Positions 51,889 to 61,777 of a stretch of DNA of 64,000 nt are shown one piece after another. Position 1 is the stretch's first letter, and the number at the start of each line of letters is the position of its first letter. The DNA is taken from contig CAYJRN010000003.1 of the NCBI GenBank assembly GCA_964372915.1, positions 16,376 through 80,375 of the forward strand. Direction: 5' to 3'. The DNA comes from an uncultured Planctomycetales bacterium. GTDB taxonomy: Bacteria; Omnitrophota; Gorgyraeia; Zapsychrales; JAHFFX01. Made by a program: the position numbers and the translations under genes. The notes beneath the pieces were generated by a model that saw only the letters and a program-made list of their open reading frames with translations, did not search any database and was not told the DNA's origin.

Positions 51889-53916
51889 GTGGACCGATTC
51901 ATCCTGGAGAGTAAGTTCAAACCCGTCGCTGAGCAGATCAAGGCGCTTCAACCGCTGGCTCACAATATCCAACGGGGTGTTAAGTCGCAGGTTCTTCTGG
52001 GGGTGACCGGCAGCGGCAAGACCTTTACCCTTGCCAATGTGATTGAAAAGCTCAATCGGCCCACCCTCGTCATTTCCCACAACAAAACCCTCGCCGCCCA
52101 GCTCTACAGCGAATTTAAGGGATTCTTTCCGCAGAATGCCGTCGAGTATTTTGTCAGTTACTACGATTATTACCAGCCGGAAGCCTACATTCCCCAAACC
52201 GATGTTTATATAGAGAAGGATTCTTCGATCAACGATCGTTTGGATCGCCTGCGCCTGGCCGCCACGACGTCCTTAATGTCCCGACGCGATTGTTTAATCG
52301 TTGCCAGCGTTTCCTGCATTTACAACTTGGGCGATCCGGCAGATTACAGAGAAGCCTTGCTCTTTCTTAAGAAAGAGCAGACCATTGATCGGGACGAGGT
52401 GTTGGCGAAGCTCATCGATATTCAGTATGAACGCAATGATTATGAATTCACGCGCGGAAAAGTGCGTGTGCGCGGGGACGTGGTGGAAGTTTTTCCGGCC
52501 TACCGGCAGGACGCGGTAAGGATTGAATTAAACGGCGACGCAATCGAGCGCCTCTCACAGATTGATCCCATTACGGCAAACGTCATTCAAGAGTTAGAGC
52601 AGGTGGCTATTTATCCGGCCAAACATTTCATCGTTCCGGAGCCGCGTCTTCAGGCGGCGCTTAAGGAGATCGAAGAGGAGTTGAAGGCGAGGGTGGCGGA
52701 GCTCAATGCCCAGGGCAAACTTCTGGAATCCCAGCGGCTCAATTCCCGCACGCGTTATGATATGGAAATGCTCAAAGAAATGGGATTTTGCCACGGCATT
52801 GAAAATTATTCGCGGGTCCTCTGTGGCCGTCCCGCCGGCTCGCGGCCATATTGTCTTTTGGATTATTTTCCGGAAGATTTTGTCGTACTCATTGATGAAT
52901 CGCACGTGACGGTCCCGCAATTAAACGGAATGTACGAGGGGGATCGCGCGCGCAAAGAAATGCTCGTCGAGTATGGGTTTCGTCTGCCGTCGTGTCTGGA
53001 TAACCGGCCGCTCAAGTTCAAAGAATTCGAGCAGCTCGTTAAGCAAAGGATCTATGTCTCAGCCACCCCGGGGCCTTTTGAGAAAAAAGAATCCGGAGGC
53101 TGTATCATCGAACAGATCATTCGCCCCACCGGAATTGTCGATCCGCCGATTGAGGTGAGGCAAAGCCAAGGACAAATTGAGGATTTGTTGGTTGAAATCA
53201 AGAAACGGGTCAAAGCCAACGAGCGCGTACTCGTAACCACTTTGACCAAACGCATGTCGGAAGATTTGAGTGAATATTTACAAGAGCAAGGGATCAAAGT
53301 CAAATATCTTCATTCCGACATCGAGACCATTGACCGGGCGAAGATCTTGCAGGATTTGCGCCTGCGAAAATTCGATTGCCTGGTGGGGGTCAACTTATTA
53401 AGAGAAGGCCTAGACCTGCCGGAGGTATCGCTGGTTGCCATTCTGGACGCGGATAAAGAAGGGTTCTTGCGTTCTCATACATCGCTTATTCAAACCTCGG
53501 GTCGTGCCGCGCGCAACATTCACGGCCTGGTCGTTATGTATGCCGATAAAATCACCTCGGCCATGCGCCTGACCATCAGTGAGTGCGAACGCCGTCGGAA
53601 AATTCAGATCGCATTTAACAAAGAGCACGGCATCACGCCGCGCTCGATTGAGAAGGCGATCAAACAGGGGATTGAGGAATGGGCGGATAGTGAAGAGTTG
53701 GTTATGGAGGCGACCGGCCAATCTCCGGAAGAATTTGCTGTCGCTTCGATTGTCGCCGATTTGGAGCGGGAAATGGAACTGGCCGCCCGCAACCTGCAAT
53801 TCGAGAAAGCGGCGCTCATTCGTGATAAGATTAAGGAAATTGAGGGAGGAGATTTTGCTCTTAGCGATCGACATAGGCAACACCGCGATCTGCCTCGCGG
53901 TTCTAAAAAACGCTAG
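51889..53916 (+). CDS. uvrB: Excinuclease ABC subunit B
   Basis: Helicase motifs GVTGSGKT and a UvrB C-terminal coiled coil. GTG start. Confidence 0.93.
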   Translation: MDRFILESKFKPVAEQIKALQPLAHNIQRGVKSQVLLGVTGSGKTFTLANVIEKLNRPTLVISHNKTLAAQLYSEFKGFFPQNAVEYFVSYYDYYQPEAYIPQTDVYIEKDSSINDRLDRLRLAATTSLMSRRDCLIVASVSCIYNLGDPADYREALLFLKKEQTIDRDEVLAKLIDIQYERNDYEFTRGKVRVRGDVVEVFPAYRQDAVRIELNGDAIERLSQIDPITANVIQELEQVAIYPAKHFIVPEPRLQAALKEIEEELKARVAELNAQGKLLESQRLNSRTRYDMEMLKEMGFCHGIENYSRVLCGRPAGSRPYCLLDYFPEDFVVLIDESHVTVPQLNGMYEGDRARKEMLVEYGFRLPSCLDNRPLKFKEFEQLVKQRIYVSATPGPFEKKESGGCIIEQIIRPTGIVDPPIEVRQSQGQIEDLLVEIKKRVKANERVLVTTLTKRMSEDLSEYLQEQGIKVKYLHSDIETIDRAKILQDLRLRKFDCLVGVNLLREGLDLPEVSLVAILDADKEGFLRSHTSLIQTSGRAARNIHGLVVMYADKITSAMRLTISECERRRKIQIAFNKEHGITPRSIEKAIKQGIEEWADSEELVMEATGQSPEEFAVASIVADLEREMELAARNLQFEKAALIRDKIKEIEGGDFALSDRHRQHRDLPRGSKKR

Positions 53917-54610
53917 AACACTTCAAGTCTGGCGCATCGACACCGTGCAGGAAAAATTTCTTTTATCGGTTCGATTAAATCCGATTTTAAAGGTGATCAA
54001 AAAAAAATATCCGCGAATTCAAAAGACGGTCATTTGCAGTGTCGTGCCGAATGTTTTAAAGATTTTGCAGCCGATCGTTAGGGCCGTCCCCGTGCGGGGA
54101 CGGCCCCTTATCATCGGCCAAGACATCAAGGTGCCGATTGTCAACCGTTATAATCATCGGCAAATCGGGCAGGATCGTTTGGTGTGCGCCTACGCCGCCA
54201 AAATCCTTTACGGACAACCGGCGATTGTGATCGATTTAGGAACCGCAATCACCTTTGATGTCGTGTCGGTTAAAGGCGAATATTTGGGTGGAGCGATTGT
54301 CCCAGGGATTCGGCTTTCAGCCGAATCCCTATACAAGAAAACCGCACTCCTTCCCAAAATAAAAATCAAAGGACCAGGGGATGTGATTGGTAAGAATACT
54401 GAAGCGAGTATCTTGAGCGGAATTTTTTATGGGTACGGAGCGTTGTGTGCCGGCATGATCGAGCTCGTGTCGAAAAAACTCGGCATCCGCCCCAAAGTAA
54501 TTTTGACCGGAGGCCATTCGCTCTTGATGAAAAAATACATCCCCGCCAAAATCCATGCGGTCGAGCCGGATTTGGTTTTGAAGGGGTTGGAGTTGTTGAG
54601 CCGCTTTTGA
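53855..54610 (+). CDS. coaX: Type III pantothenate kinase
   Basis: LLAIDIGNT N-terminus. A TTG start with a GGAGGA ribosome-binding site is proposed. It overlaps the uvrB tail. Confidence 0.75.
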   Translation: MLLAIDIGNTAICLAVLKNARTLQVWRIDTVQEKFLLSVRLNPILKVIKKKYPRIQKTVICSVVPNVLKILQPIVRAVPVRGRPLIIGQDIKVPIVNRYNHRQIGQDRLVCAYAAKILYGQPAIVIDLGTAITFDVVSVKGEYLGGAIVPGIRLSAESLYKKTALLPKIKIKGPGDVIGKNTEASILSGIFYGYGALCAGMIELVSKKLGIRPKVILTGGHSLLMKKYIPAKIHAVEPDLVLKGLELLSRF

Positions 54611-54615
54611 AGGCA

Positions 54616-54644
54616 TTGACAAAACAAGTTATAACTTGTATACT
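54616..54644 (+). promoter_or_regulatory. higBA promoter with palindromic operator
   Basis: TTGACA, a 17-nt spacer, then TATACT. The spacer contains the perfect 14-bp palindrome caagttataacttg. Confidence 0.5.
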
Positions 54645-54665
54645 TATATTGCAGAAAAAGGTCGA

Positions 54666-55016
54666 ATGTTAAAGTCAATTTATTTTTTTGTTGATGAGCG
54701 GGGCGATAACCCTGTCAAAGATTTTATTAAGAAATTGCCTTTTAAAGATCAAGCCAAAATTAGGGCTTATCTTGATGAGTTGAAAAAGCAAGGCCACAAT
54801 CTGCGCAGGCCCATGGCCGATTATCTGGGCGAAGGGATATATGAGCTAAGACCCCGCGATAACCGTATCTTTTATTTCTTCTTTTTACGCGACCACGCCG
54901 TTTTATTGCACGCTATAAAGAAAAAGACAGATAAAATTTCTTCGGGTGATTTGAACCTATGTCTTAAGAGAAAAAGGCAGGTGGAGGAGGAAAGAAACAT
55001 TGAGAACTTGTATTGA
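54666..55016 (+). CDS. higB: Gp49-like (HigB/RelE superfamily) toxin
   Basis: DUF891 pattern: YELRP...RIFYFF...LLHAIKKKT. Confidence 0.8.
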   Translation: MLKSIYFFVDERGDNPVKDFIKKLPFKDQAKIRAYLDELKKQGHNLRRPMADYLGEGIYELRPRDNRIFYFFFLRDHAVLLHAIKKKTDKISSGDLNLCLKRKRQVEEERNIENLY

Positions 55017-55030
55017 TAAGGAGGCCCCCA

Positions 55031-55357
55031 ATGGCAAATGTCCGTTTAGAAAATATAGATAGTTATTTTCAGGAGAAATTGAAAGACAAGAAATTTCGCC
55101 GTTTATATGAAATTGAACGCGTCAAAGTCACTCTGGCTCAAAAAATAGCCGAGATGCGTCAAGAAAAACATCTTAACCAGAAAGAATTGGCCGCGCGGCT
55201 GGGTGTTTCTCAGCAGTTTATCTCTCAGATCGAAACGGGAGAAGGGCGTAACCTAACTCTTGATACCCTGACCCGTATCGCCGAATCTCTGGGGCATAAG
55301 GTGCGAATCTCCTTTCCTAAAAGCATTGGCCGCGGCGCACACCTCGAAATAGCTTAA
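55031..55357 (+). CDS. higA: XRE-family HTH antitoxin
   Basis: QKELAARLGVSQQFISQIE is a helix-turn-helix. AAGGAGG ribosome-binding site. Confidence 0.8.
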   Translation: MANVRLENIDSYFQEKLKDKKFRRLYEIERVKVTLAQKIAEMRQEKHLNQKELAARLGVSQQFISQIETGEGRNLTLDTLTRIAESLGHKVRISFPKSIGRGAHLEIA

Positions 55358-55376
55358 TGGATATGTTCAGGATTCT

Positions 55377-55450
55377 TTCCGCCAAAATTCCCAAGGTCGA
55401 GCCGGATTTGGTTTTTAGGGGGATGGGGTTGGTGAGTAGAAAGCATAAAT
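55377..55450 (+). repeat. Diverged duplicate of the coaX 3' end
   Basis: gccaaaat..ggtcgagccggatttggtt matches 54543-54610. It translates as IPKVEPDLVFRGMGLVS, against IHAVEPDLVLKGLELLS in coaX. Confidence 0.65.
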
Positions 55451-55470
55451 AACGCGTAGGAGTTAAGCCT

Positions 55471-56271
55471 ATGTCCACAGAACCTCAATTTATTTCACCA
55501 GATCAATGGCATGATTTTTGTCGCTATCTGCGCAAAGAAAACAGGTACGTTTTGAATAAGAAATGGGATAGGTTTATTGAAACGATTTTATTTACAGCCA
55601 AGAAGCGGGAACATATTTTAATGAAGGGAGGGGTATTATATCGTGCGCGCATAGGCAGTAATGAACGGGAATATGAAGTTGAAGATGAAAATAAGAAAAG
55701 CCATTGGGGAATCGATATCAGTCCATTGCATCCACAGGAAATAGACGCCCCTCCTGATGGAAAGGCGTTAGAAGGAAGAATAAATCCGAAAGGAATCTCG
55801 TATCTTTATTTAGCAAATGACATAAAAACCGCCATATCAGAAGTCAGGCCTTGGTTGAATCAGAGCGTCACAGTGGGATGGTTTGGGTTAACTAGAGATT
55901 TAAGAGTCGTTGATGCATCTAAAGACAAGCATAGTCGTCATATTTTGTCAGAAGAAGAGATTGAGGAACCGTCAGAAAAATGGGAACCGTTTGTCTGGAG
56001 AGATATAAATAATTCTTTCTCTATGCCGGTTAACGTTGGTGAAGAGCATAATTATTATGTTCCAACTCAATATCTATCAGAATATTTTAAGAATGCCGGA
56101 TATGATGGAATTATTTACAAAAGCTCTTTAACTAAAGATGGATATAATATTGCTTTATTTGATCCAAAGGTTGCGCGTTTAAAAGGGGCATGGTTATATG
56201 ATGTTAAATCTATAGATTATGCTTATATAGAGAGCGCAAATCATTATGTGTGTAAAGAAGACCAAGAATGA
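55471..56271 (+). CDS. RES-domain protein (putative NAD-targeting toxin)
   Basis: LYRAR, GRINPKGISYLYLA...EV and DGIIYKSS...NIALFDP cover the R, E and S motifs. Confidence 0.7.
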   Translation: MSTEPQFISPDQWHDFCRYLRKENRYVLNKKWDRFIETILFTAKKREHILMKGGVLYRARIGSNEREYEVEDENKKSHWGIDISPLHPQEIDAPPDGKALEGRINPKGISYLYLANDIKTAISEVRPWLNQSVTVGWFGLTRDLRVVDASKDKHSRHILSEEEIEEPSEKWEPFVWRDINNSFSMPVNVGEEHNYYVPTQYLSEYFKNAGYDGIIYKSSLTKDGYNIALFDPKVARLKGAWLYDVKSIDYAYIESANHYVCKEDQE

Positions 56272-56381
56272 AATTTTAGAAATCGCGCCAGGCACAAATA
56301 AAAGGGGCAGGTTGTTTGCTTCCCCGGAATTTCTGGTAACGTCAATGGACGAACAAGCGGTTCTGCTGTATACTTAAAATC

Positions 56382-56675
56382 ATGAGCGAGCTGGATAAAA
56401 TTAAACAAACTTTAAGGCAGAATAAACCCGCGCTGACGAAAGAATTTAAAGTAAAGCAGCTGGGCGTGTTTGGTTCTTTCGTGCGAGGAAAGCAGAAGAA
56501 AAACAGCGACGTGGATATTCTGGTAGAATTTAGCCGCACTCCGGGCCTTTTTGATTTCCTTAAAATGGAAAACCGCCTGAGCGCGATATTGAAAAAACGC
56601 GTGGATTTGGTGATGAAGGGGTCATTAAAACCGGCGATCGGCAAAAATATCATGCACGAGGTTGTGTACGTATGA
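56382..56675 (+). CDS. Minimal nucleotidyltransferase (MntA-like antitoxin)
   Basis: GVFGSFVRGK...DVDILVEF motif. Confidence 0.8.
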   Translation: MSELDKIKQTLRQNKPALTKEFKVKQLGVFGSFVRGKQKKNSDVDILVEFSRTPGLFDFLKMENRLSAILKKRVDLVMKGSLKPAIGKNIMHEVVYV

Positions 56676-57010
56676 TCCGTGAATATAAGGATTACCTGGT
56701 CGATATTATTGATGCGATTGAGAAGGCGGAATCTTTTGTCAAAGGAATGAATTTTGAATCTTTCGAAAAAGATGCCAAAACTACGTTTGCGGTCATACGC
56801 GCTTTCGAGGTCATGGGAGAAGCCGTCAAGAAAATCCCTTCCAGCGTTCGCAATAAGCATAAGAATCTTCCGTGGAAAGAAATGGCCGGCATGAGAGATA
56901 AGCTCATCCACGAATACTTTGGCATTAAACCCCGTGTTGTCTGGAAAACCATCAAGCGAGACCTGCCCAAAATAAAACCCTACTTGCAATCTATCTTAGA
57001 TAGTCTTTAA
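56672..57010 (+). CDS. HepT/DUF86 HEPN toxin
   Basis: RDKLIHEY, the Rx4-6H motif. Confidence 0.75.
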   Translation: MIREYKDYLVDIIDAIEKAESFVKGMNFESFEKDAKTTFAVIRAFEVMGEAVKKIPSSVRNKHKNLPWKEMAGMRDKLIHEYFGIKPRVVWKTIKRDLPKIKPYLQSILDSL

Positions 57011-57041
57011 TCAAGATTTTGGATTGACCAGAAGGTCTGCA

Positions 57042-57137
57042 ATGATCAAGGTTCGTTTAGAAAAAATAGATGGTTATGTTCAGCAGAAGCTCAAACAGAG
57101 ACCATTCCCAGACACATACCGTAACCCAAATGCCTAA
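57042..57137 (+). pseudogene. Remnant of a higA-like 5' end
   Basis: MIKVRLEKIDGYVQQKLKQRPF matches higA MANVRLENIDSYFQEKLKDKKF; a stop follows. Confidence 0.5.
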
Positions 57138-58149
57138 ACCCCTCACCAAACCCAACGATTACAAGTCTCTCGTCCGAAAAGTTTCGCAAGAGCTTTCCGA
57201 GCTGGAGTTCTTTCTCAAGCGACGGACCGCAGAAGCTTACTGGAAAGTCGGGCGGTATATTCACGAGCATCTTTTGGAACACAAGGACAGGGCGGAGCAC
57301 GGTACAAATTTTTTTATAAGATTAGCCGAAGATGTTGACTACGACGTTTCCATTTTGCAGCGCTGTGTGAAATTCTACCGCGTTTACCCAATTTCCGCGG
57401 CGCCGCGGAAATTGACCTGGGAGCACTACAAGAGCCTGATCACCGTTAAGGACGAACAGGAGAGAAAGAAGCTTGAGCAAAAAGTTCTTCGTCATGATTG
57501 GAACACAAAAGAACTCCGGGAATATTTAAACACCAGGCGCGAGCTCACCGCGCCCGAGAACGACGACAAACCCGTCGCGCAACTCAAATTCACCTTTGGT
57601 AGGTTGCACGCCTACCAGATTGTCCAGGCCAACAAACCGCTTGCGAAAGAGAGTCCGCTGGTTTTGGATCTGGGGTTTCGTCTGCAGTATCTCATCCCTA
57701 AAAATGCCCCGCGCTTTAAGGAAAATGACACGGTTGAACTTCTCTTAAAAGAGGGAGAGATCTCCAGCGTCAAGAAAATCGAGTCTTCCAAAGACGAGCT
57801 CTTCACCTATCAAGCCCAGGTCGATAAAATCATCGATGGGGACACGCTGTTAACCTCGTTTGATTTGCATCTCAACGTTTCCATCAGCCAAAAACTGCGG
57901 CTGCGGGGCATTGACTGCCCGGAGATGGACACCGAGGAGGGAAGACGGGCCAAGCGCTTTGTCGAGGCCCGTCTGAAGGGCTGTGCTTTTATCATCGTTA
58001 AAACCATCAAAGACCGTTCGGATAAATTTGACCGCTACCTCGCCGATATTTTTTACCTGCCCGGCGCCACCGATCCATCGGTCGTTGCCCAAAAGGGAAC
58101 TTACCTTAATCAAGAGCTTCTCAACGAGCATTTGGCGGTGAGGTATTGA
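57130..58149 (+). CDS. YhcG_N (DUF1016 N-terminal) domain fused to a staphylococcal-nuclease (SNase/thermonuclease) domain
   Basis: AYWKVGRYIHEH...LTWEHYKSLITVKDEQER in the N-terminal half. DGDTL...RLRGIDCPE in the C-terminal half. Confidence 0.6.
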   Translation: MPKPLTKPNDYKSLVRKVSQELSELEFFLKRRTAEAYWKVGRYIHEHLLEHKDRAEHGTNFFIRLAEDVDYDVSILQRCVKFYRVYPISAAPRKLTWEHYKSLITVKDEQERKKLEQKVLRHDWNTKELREYLNTRRELTAPENDDKPVAQLKFTFGRLHAYQIVQANKPLAKESPLVLDLGFRLQYLIPKNAPRFKENDTVELLLKEGEISSVKKIESSKDELFTYQAQVDKIIDGDTLLTSFDLHLNVSISQKLRLRGIDCPEMDTEEGRRAKRFVEARLKGCAFIIVKTIKDRSDKFDRYLADIFYLPGATDPSVVAQKGTYLNQELLNEHLAVRY

Positions 58150-58211
58150 TGATTTTATAGTTTTTAGAATGCGGATGAGGTGTTATACTAAAATTCAAGG
58201 AGGGCGAGTTT

Positions 58212-58397
58212 ATGACGGCTAAACAAGAAGTCCGGTCTTTGCTTCAAAAATTACCTAAGGACTGCACCATTGAGGACATTCAGTACCATCTTTACGTCAT
58301 TGAAAAAATTCATAGAGGTCTTCAGCGGGCAAAGCGAGAGGGAGGCATTTCTCAACAGCAAGTTGAAAAACGGTTGACCAAATGGCTCATCAAGTAA
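58212..58397 (+). CDS. Addiction-module antitoxin (ParD/RelB-type small protein)
   Basis: A 61-aa protein whose gene overlaps the start of the decayed parE. Confidence 0.55.
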   Translation: MTAKQEVRSLLQKLPKDCTIEDIQYHLYVIEKIHRGLQRAKREGGISQQQVEKRLTKWLIK

Positions 58398-58706
58398 TAT
58401 GGTCTCCCGAAGCCGTTGAGGACGTGGAATCCATCGCTCAGTACATAAGCCGTGATTCGTAATTTTATGCCCGGGCTACGCTCTCCAAAATCCTCGATTT
58501 CTCTTATAGTATATAGTATCGCCCAATTCCCGTATATGGGTCGCATAGTTCCTGAGTGTAATGATAAGAACATCAGAGAACGATTGGTATATAGTTATCG
58601 ATTGGTGTACAAGATTGAACGTACAAAAATTCTTATTGTTGCGGTCATTCACGATAAACGATTATTTTATTCTGTTTCCGAACGCTTTATCCCTCCCCAA
58701 CCTTAA
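58382..58706 (+). pseudogene. ParE/RelE-family toxin gene, decayed
   Basis: N-terminus MAHQVIWSPEAVEDVESIAQYISRDS, then an in-frame TAA at 58460. The ParE C-terminus (FPYMGRIVPE...YRLVYKIE) continues in the +1 frame. Confidence 0.65.
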
Positions 58707-58733
58707 CGCCTTCTTTAGCAAAAAAATTATCCC

Positions 58734-58789
58734 TTGACAAAATTTTTTTGGTTTTGTACACTAGCACTCTATCAGAAGCAGTGCTAATT
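58734..58789 (+). promoter_or_regulatory. groESL sigma70 promoter plus CIRCE (HrcA operator)
   Basis: TTGACA, a 17-nt spacer, TACACT. CIRCE is TAGCACTC-N9-CAGTGCTAA. Confidence 0.7.
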
Positions 58790-58863
58790 GAAAATTTTGC
58801 TTAAAGATGAGCAAGAATAGTCCAACGGTTCAACTTTTAAAAAATTTAAAAGGAGGTGTTGTA

Positions 58864-59154
58864 GTGGATATCAAACCATTAGCCGATAGAATTGTCGTGA
58901 AGCCTTTGGAGGCGGAAGAAAAGACCAAGGGGGGCATTGTGTTACCGGATACGGCCAAGGAGAAACCCCAAGAAGGAAAAATTGTGGCGGTCGGCAAGGG
59001 CAAGGTTTTGGAGAACGGCCAACTCCAAACTCCGGAGGTGAAGGTCGGGGATCGCGTGTTGTATGGCAAATACAGCGGGACTGAGATTACCACCAAGGAC
59101 GGACAGGAACTTCTTATTATGAAGGAAGAGGATATTTTTGCGGTGGTTAAATAA
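58864..59154 (+). CDS. groES: Co-chaperonin GroES
   Basis: GTG start with an AAGGAGGTG ribosome-binding site. [15 protein letters not shown]-terminus. Confidence 0.88.
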   Translation: MDIKPLADRIVVKPLEAEEKTKGGIVLPDTAKEKPQEGKIVAVGKGKVLENGQLQTPEVKVGDRVLYGKYSGTEITTKDGQELLIMKEEDIFAVVK

Positions 59155-59161
59155 ATGAGCA

Positions 59162-59266
59162 GGTAACTTACGGAGTCCGCCTTTGGCGGACGACGTAACT
59201 TACAAGTGCGAATTTACCCAGCACTTATTTTACGACACGGTATTTAAGCCAAAATAAGTGCTGGGT
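59162..59266 (+). repeat. Two adjacent palindromic repeats, copies E and C, in the groES-groEL spacer
   Basis: E is the same element family as copy D; C is the same as hairpin 1 of copies A and B. Confidence 0.65.
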
Positions 59267-59294
59267 TATCTAAAAAAATAATCGGAGGGAATAA

Positions 59295-60941
<1,647 letters not shown>

Positions 60942-60971
60942 TACCGCGTGTTGAAATAGCAGGAATGCCGA

Positions 60972-61012
60972 GGGGGCCCTGTCCGCCAGAGGCGGACAGG
61001 GCCCCCTTGTTT
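60972..61012 (+). terminator. Rho-independent terminator of groESL
   Basis: A 16-bp GC-rich stem, ggggccctgtccgcc / ggcggacagggccccc, followed by TTGTTTT. Confidence 0.75.
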
Positions 61013-61052
61013 TACCGCCCTTGTTTTACCGTGTAACCCCAAAGGGTAATTC

Positions 61053-61080
61053 TTGACATGATAAACTCGTTGATTATAAT
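61053..61080 (+). promoter_or_regulatory. Consensus sigma70 promoter
   Basis: TTGACA, a 16-nt spacer, TATAAT. A gataaactcgttgattat segment resembles a Fur/PerR box. Confidence 0.5.
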
Positions 61081-61170
61081 GAGCCCTTGAGGAGTTTTTG
61101 AGGGGCTCACCCCGACCCCTCATGATAATAAGCCCTTGAGATTCACATTTGAACGGAAGGGTTGCCGACA

Positions 61171-61719
61171 ATGGCTTTGATTGAATCTGTTCTTGTTCCG
61201 CTTGACTCCAAGATGCCCGACTTTGAGCTCAAAGATCCATCCGGCAAACTTTATAAAAGCGGCGATCTTTACGGCAAAAGAGGGTTGTTGATTGCTTTCA
61301 CCTGCAACCACTGTCCTTATGCCTTGGGGGTTTGGCCAAGATTCATTCGGCTTGCCAAAGCGGCACAGGCCGCCGGTATTCCTACGATTGCCGTTAACCC
61401 CAATATCCATCCCGATTATCCCCAAGATGCTCCCGATCGGATGAAAGAGAAAATCAAGGAATGGAAGATTGAGTTTCCCTATCTGGTGGATGAGACGCAA
61501 AAAGTGGCCGATGCCTTCAAGGCCCAGTGCACGCCGGATATCTATCTCTACAACAGCGAGAAAAAGTTGGTCTATCATGGCCGCATCGATGACAACTGGC
61601 AGGATGAATCGAAGGTCACAAAAGAAGAACTGAAGGAAGCCATCAACAACCTCGCCGCCGGCAGACCTATCTCAAAAGAGCAGAGACCCTCCATGGGCTG
61701 TTCCATCAAGTGGCGTTAA
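61171..61719 (+). CDS. Thioredoxin-fold redoxin (AhpC/TSA-like)
   Basis: FTCNHCPY CxxC motif. Confidence 0.65.
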   Translation: MALIESVLVPLDSKMPDFELKDPSGKLYKSGDLYGKRGLLIAFTCNHCPYALGVWPRFIRLAKAAQAAGIPTIAVNPNIHPDYPQDAPDRMKEKIKEWKIEFPYLVDETQKVADAFKAQCTPDIYLYNSEKKLVYHGRIDDNWQDESKVTKEELKEAINNLAAGRPISKEQRPSMGCSIKWR

Positions 61720-61777
61720 ACCCCCCGAAGTAATCACCTGAAATAAAAAAATTAATCCTTGCCTTTATAAATTTTAA

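Noticed and set aside
53579-54610. Long coaX ORF beginning 280 nt inside uvrB
   Set aside because: The N-terminal 92 residues are Arg-rich out-of-frame uvrB. The CoaX LLAIDIGNT N-terminus with an RBS is at 53855.
58807-59154. groES with a 19-residue N-terminal extension
   Set aside because: The canonical GroES N-terminus starts at the GTG at 58864 with a strong RBS. The upstream ATG lacks one.
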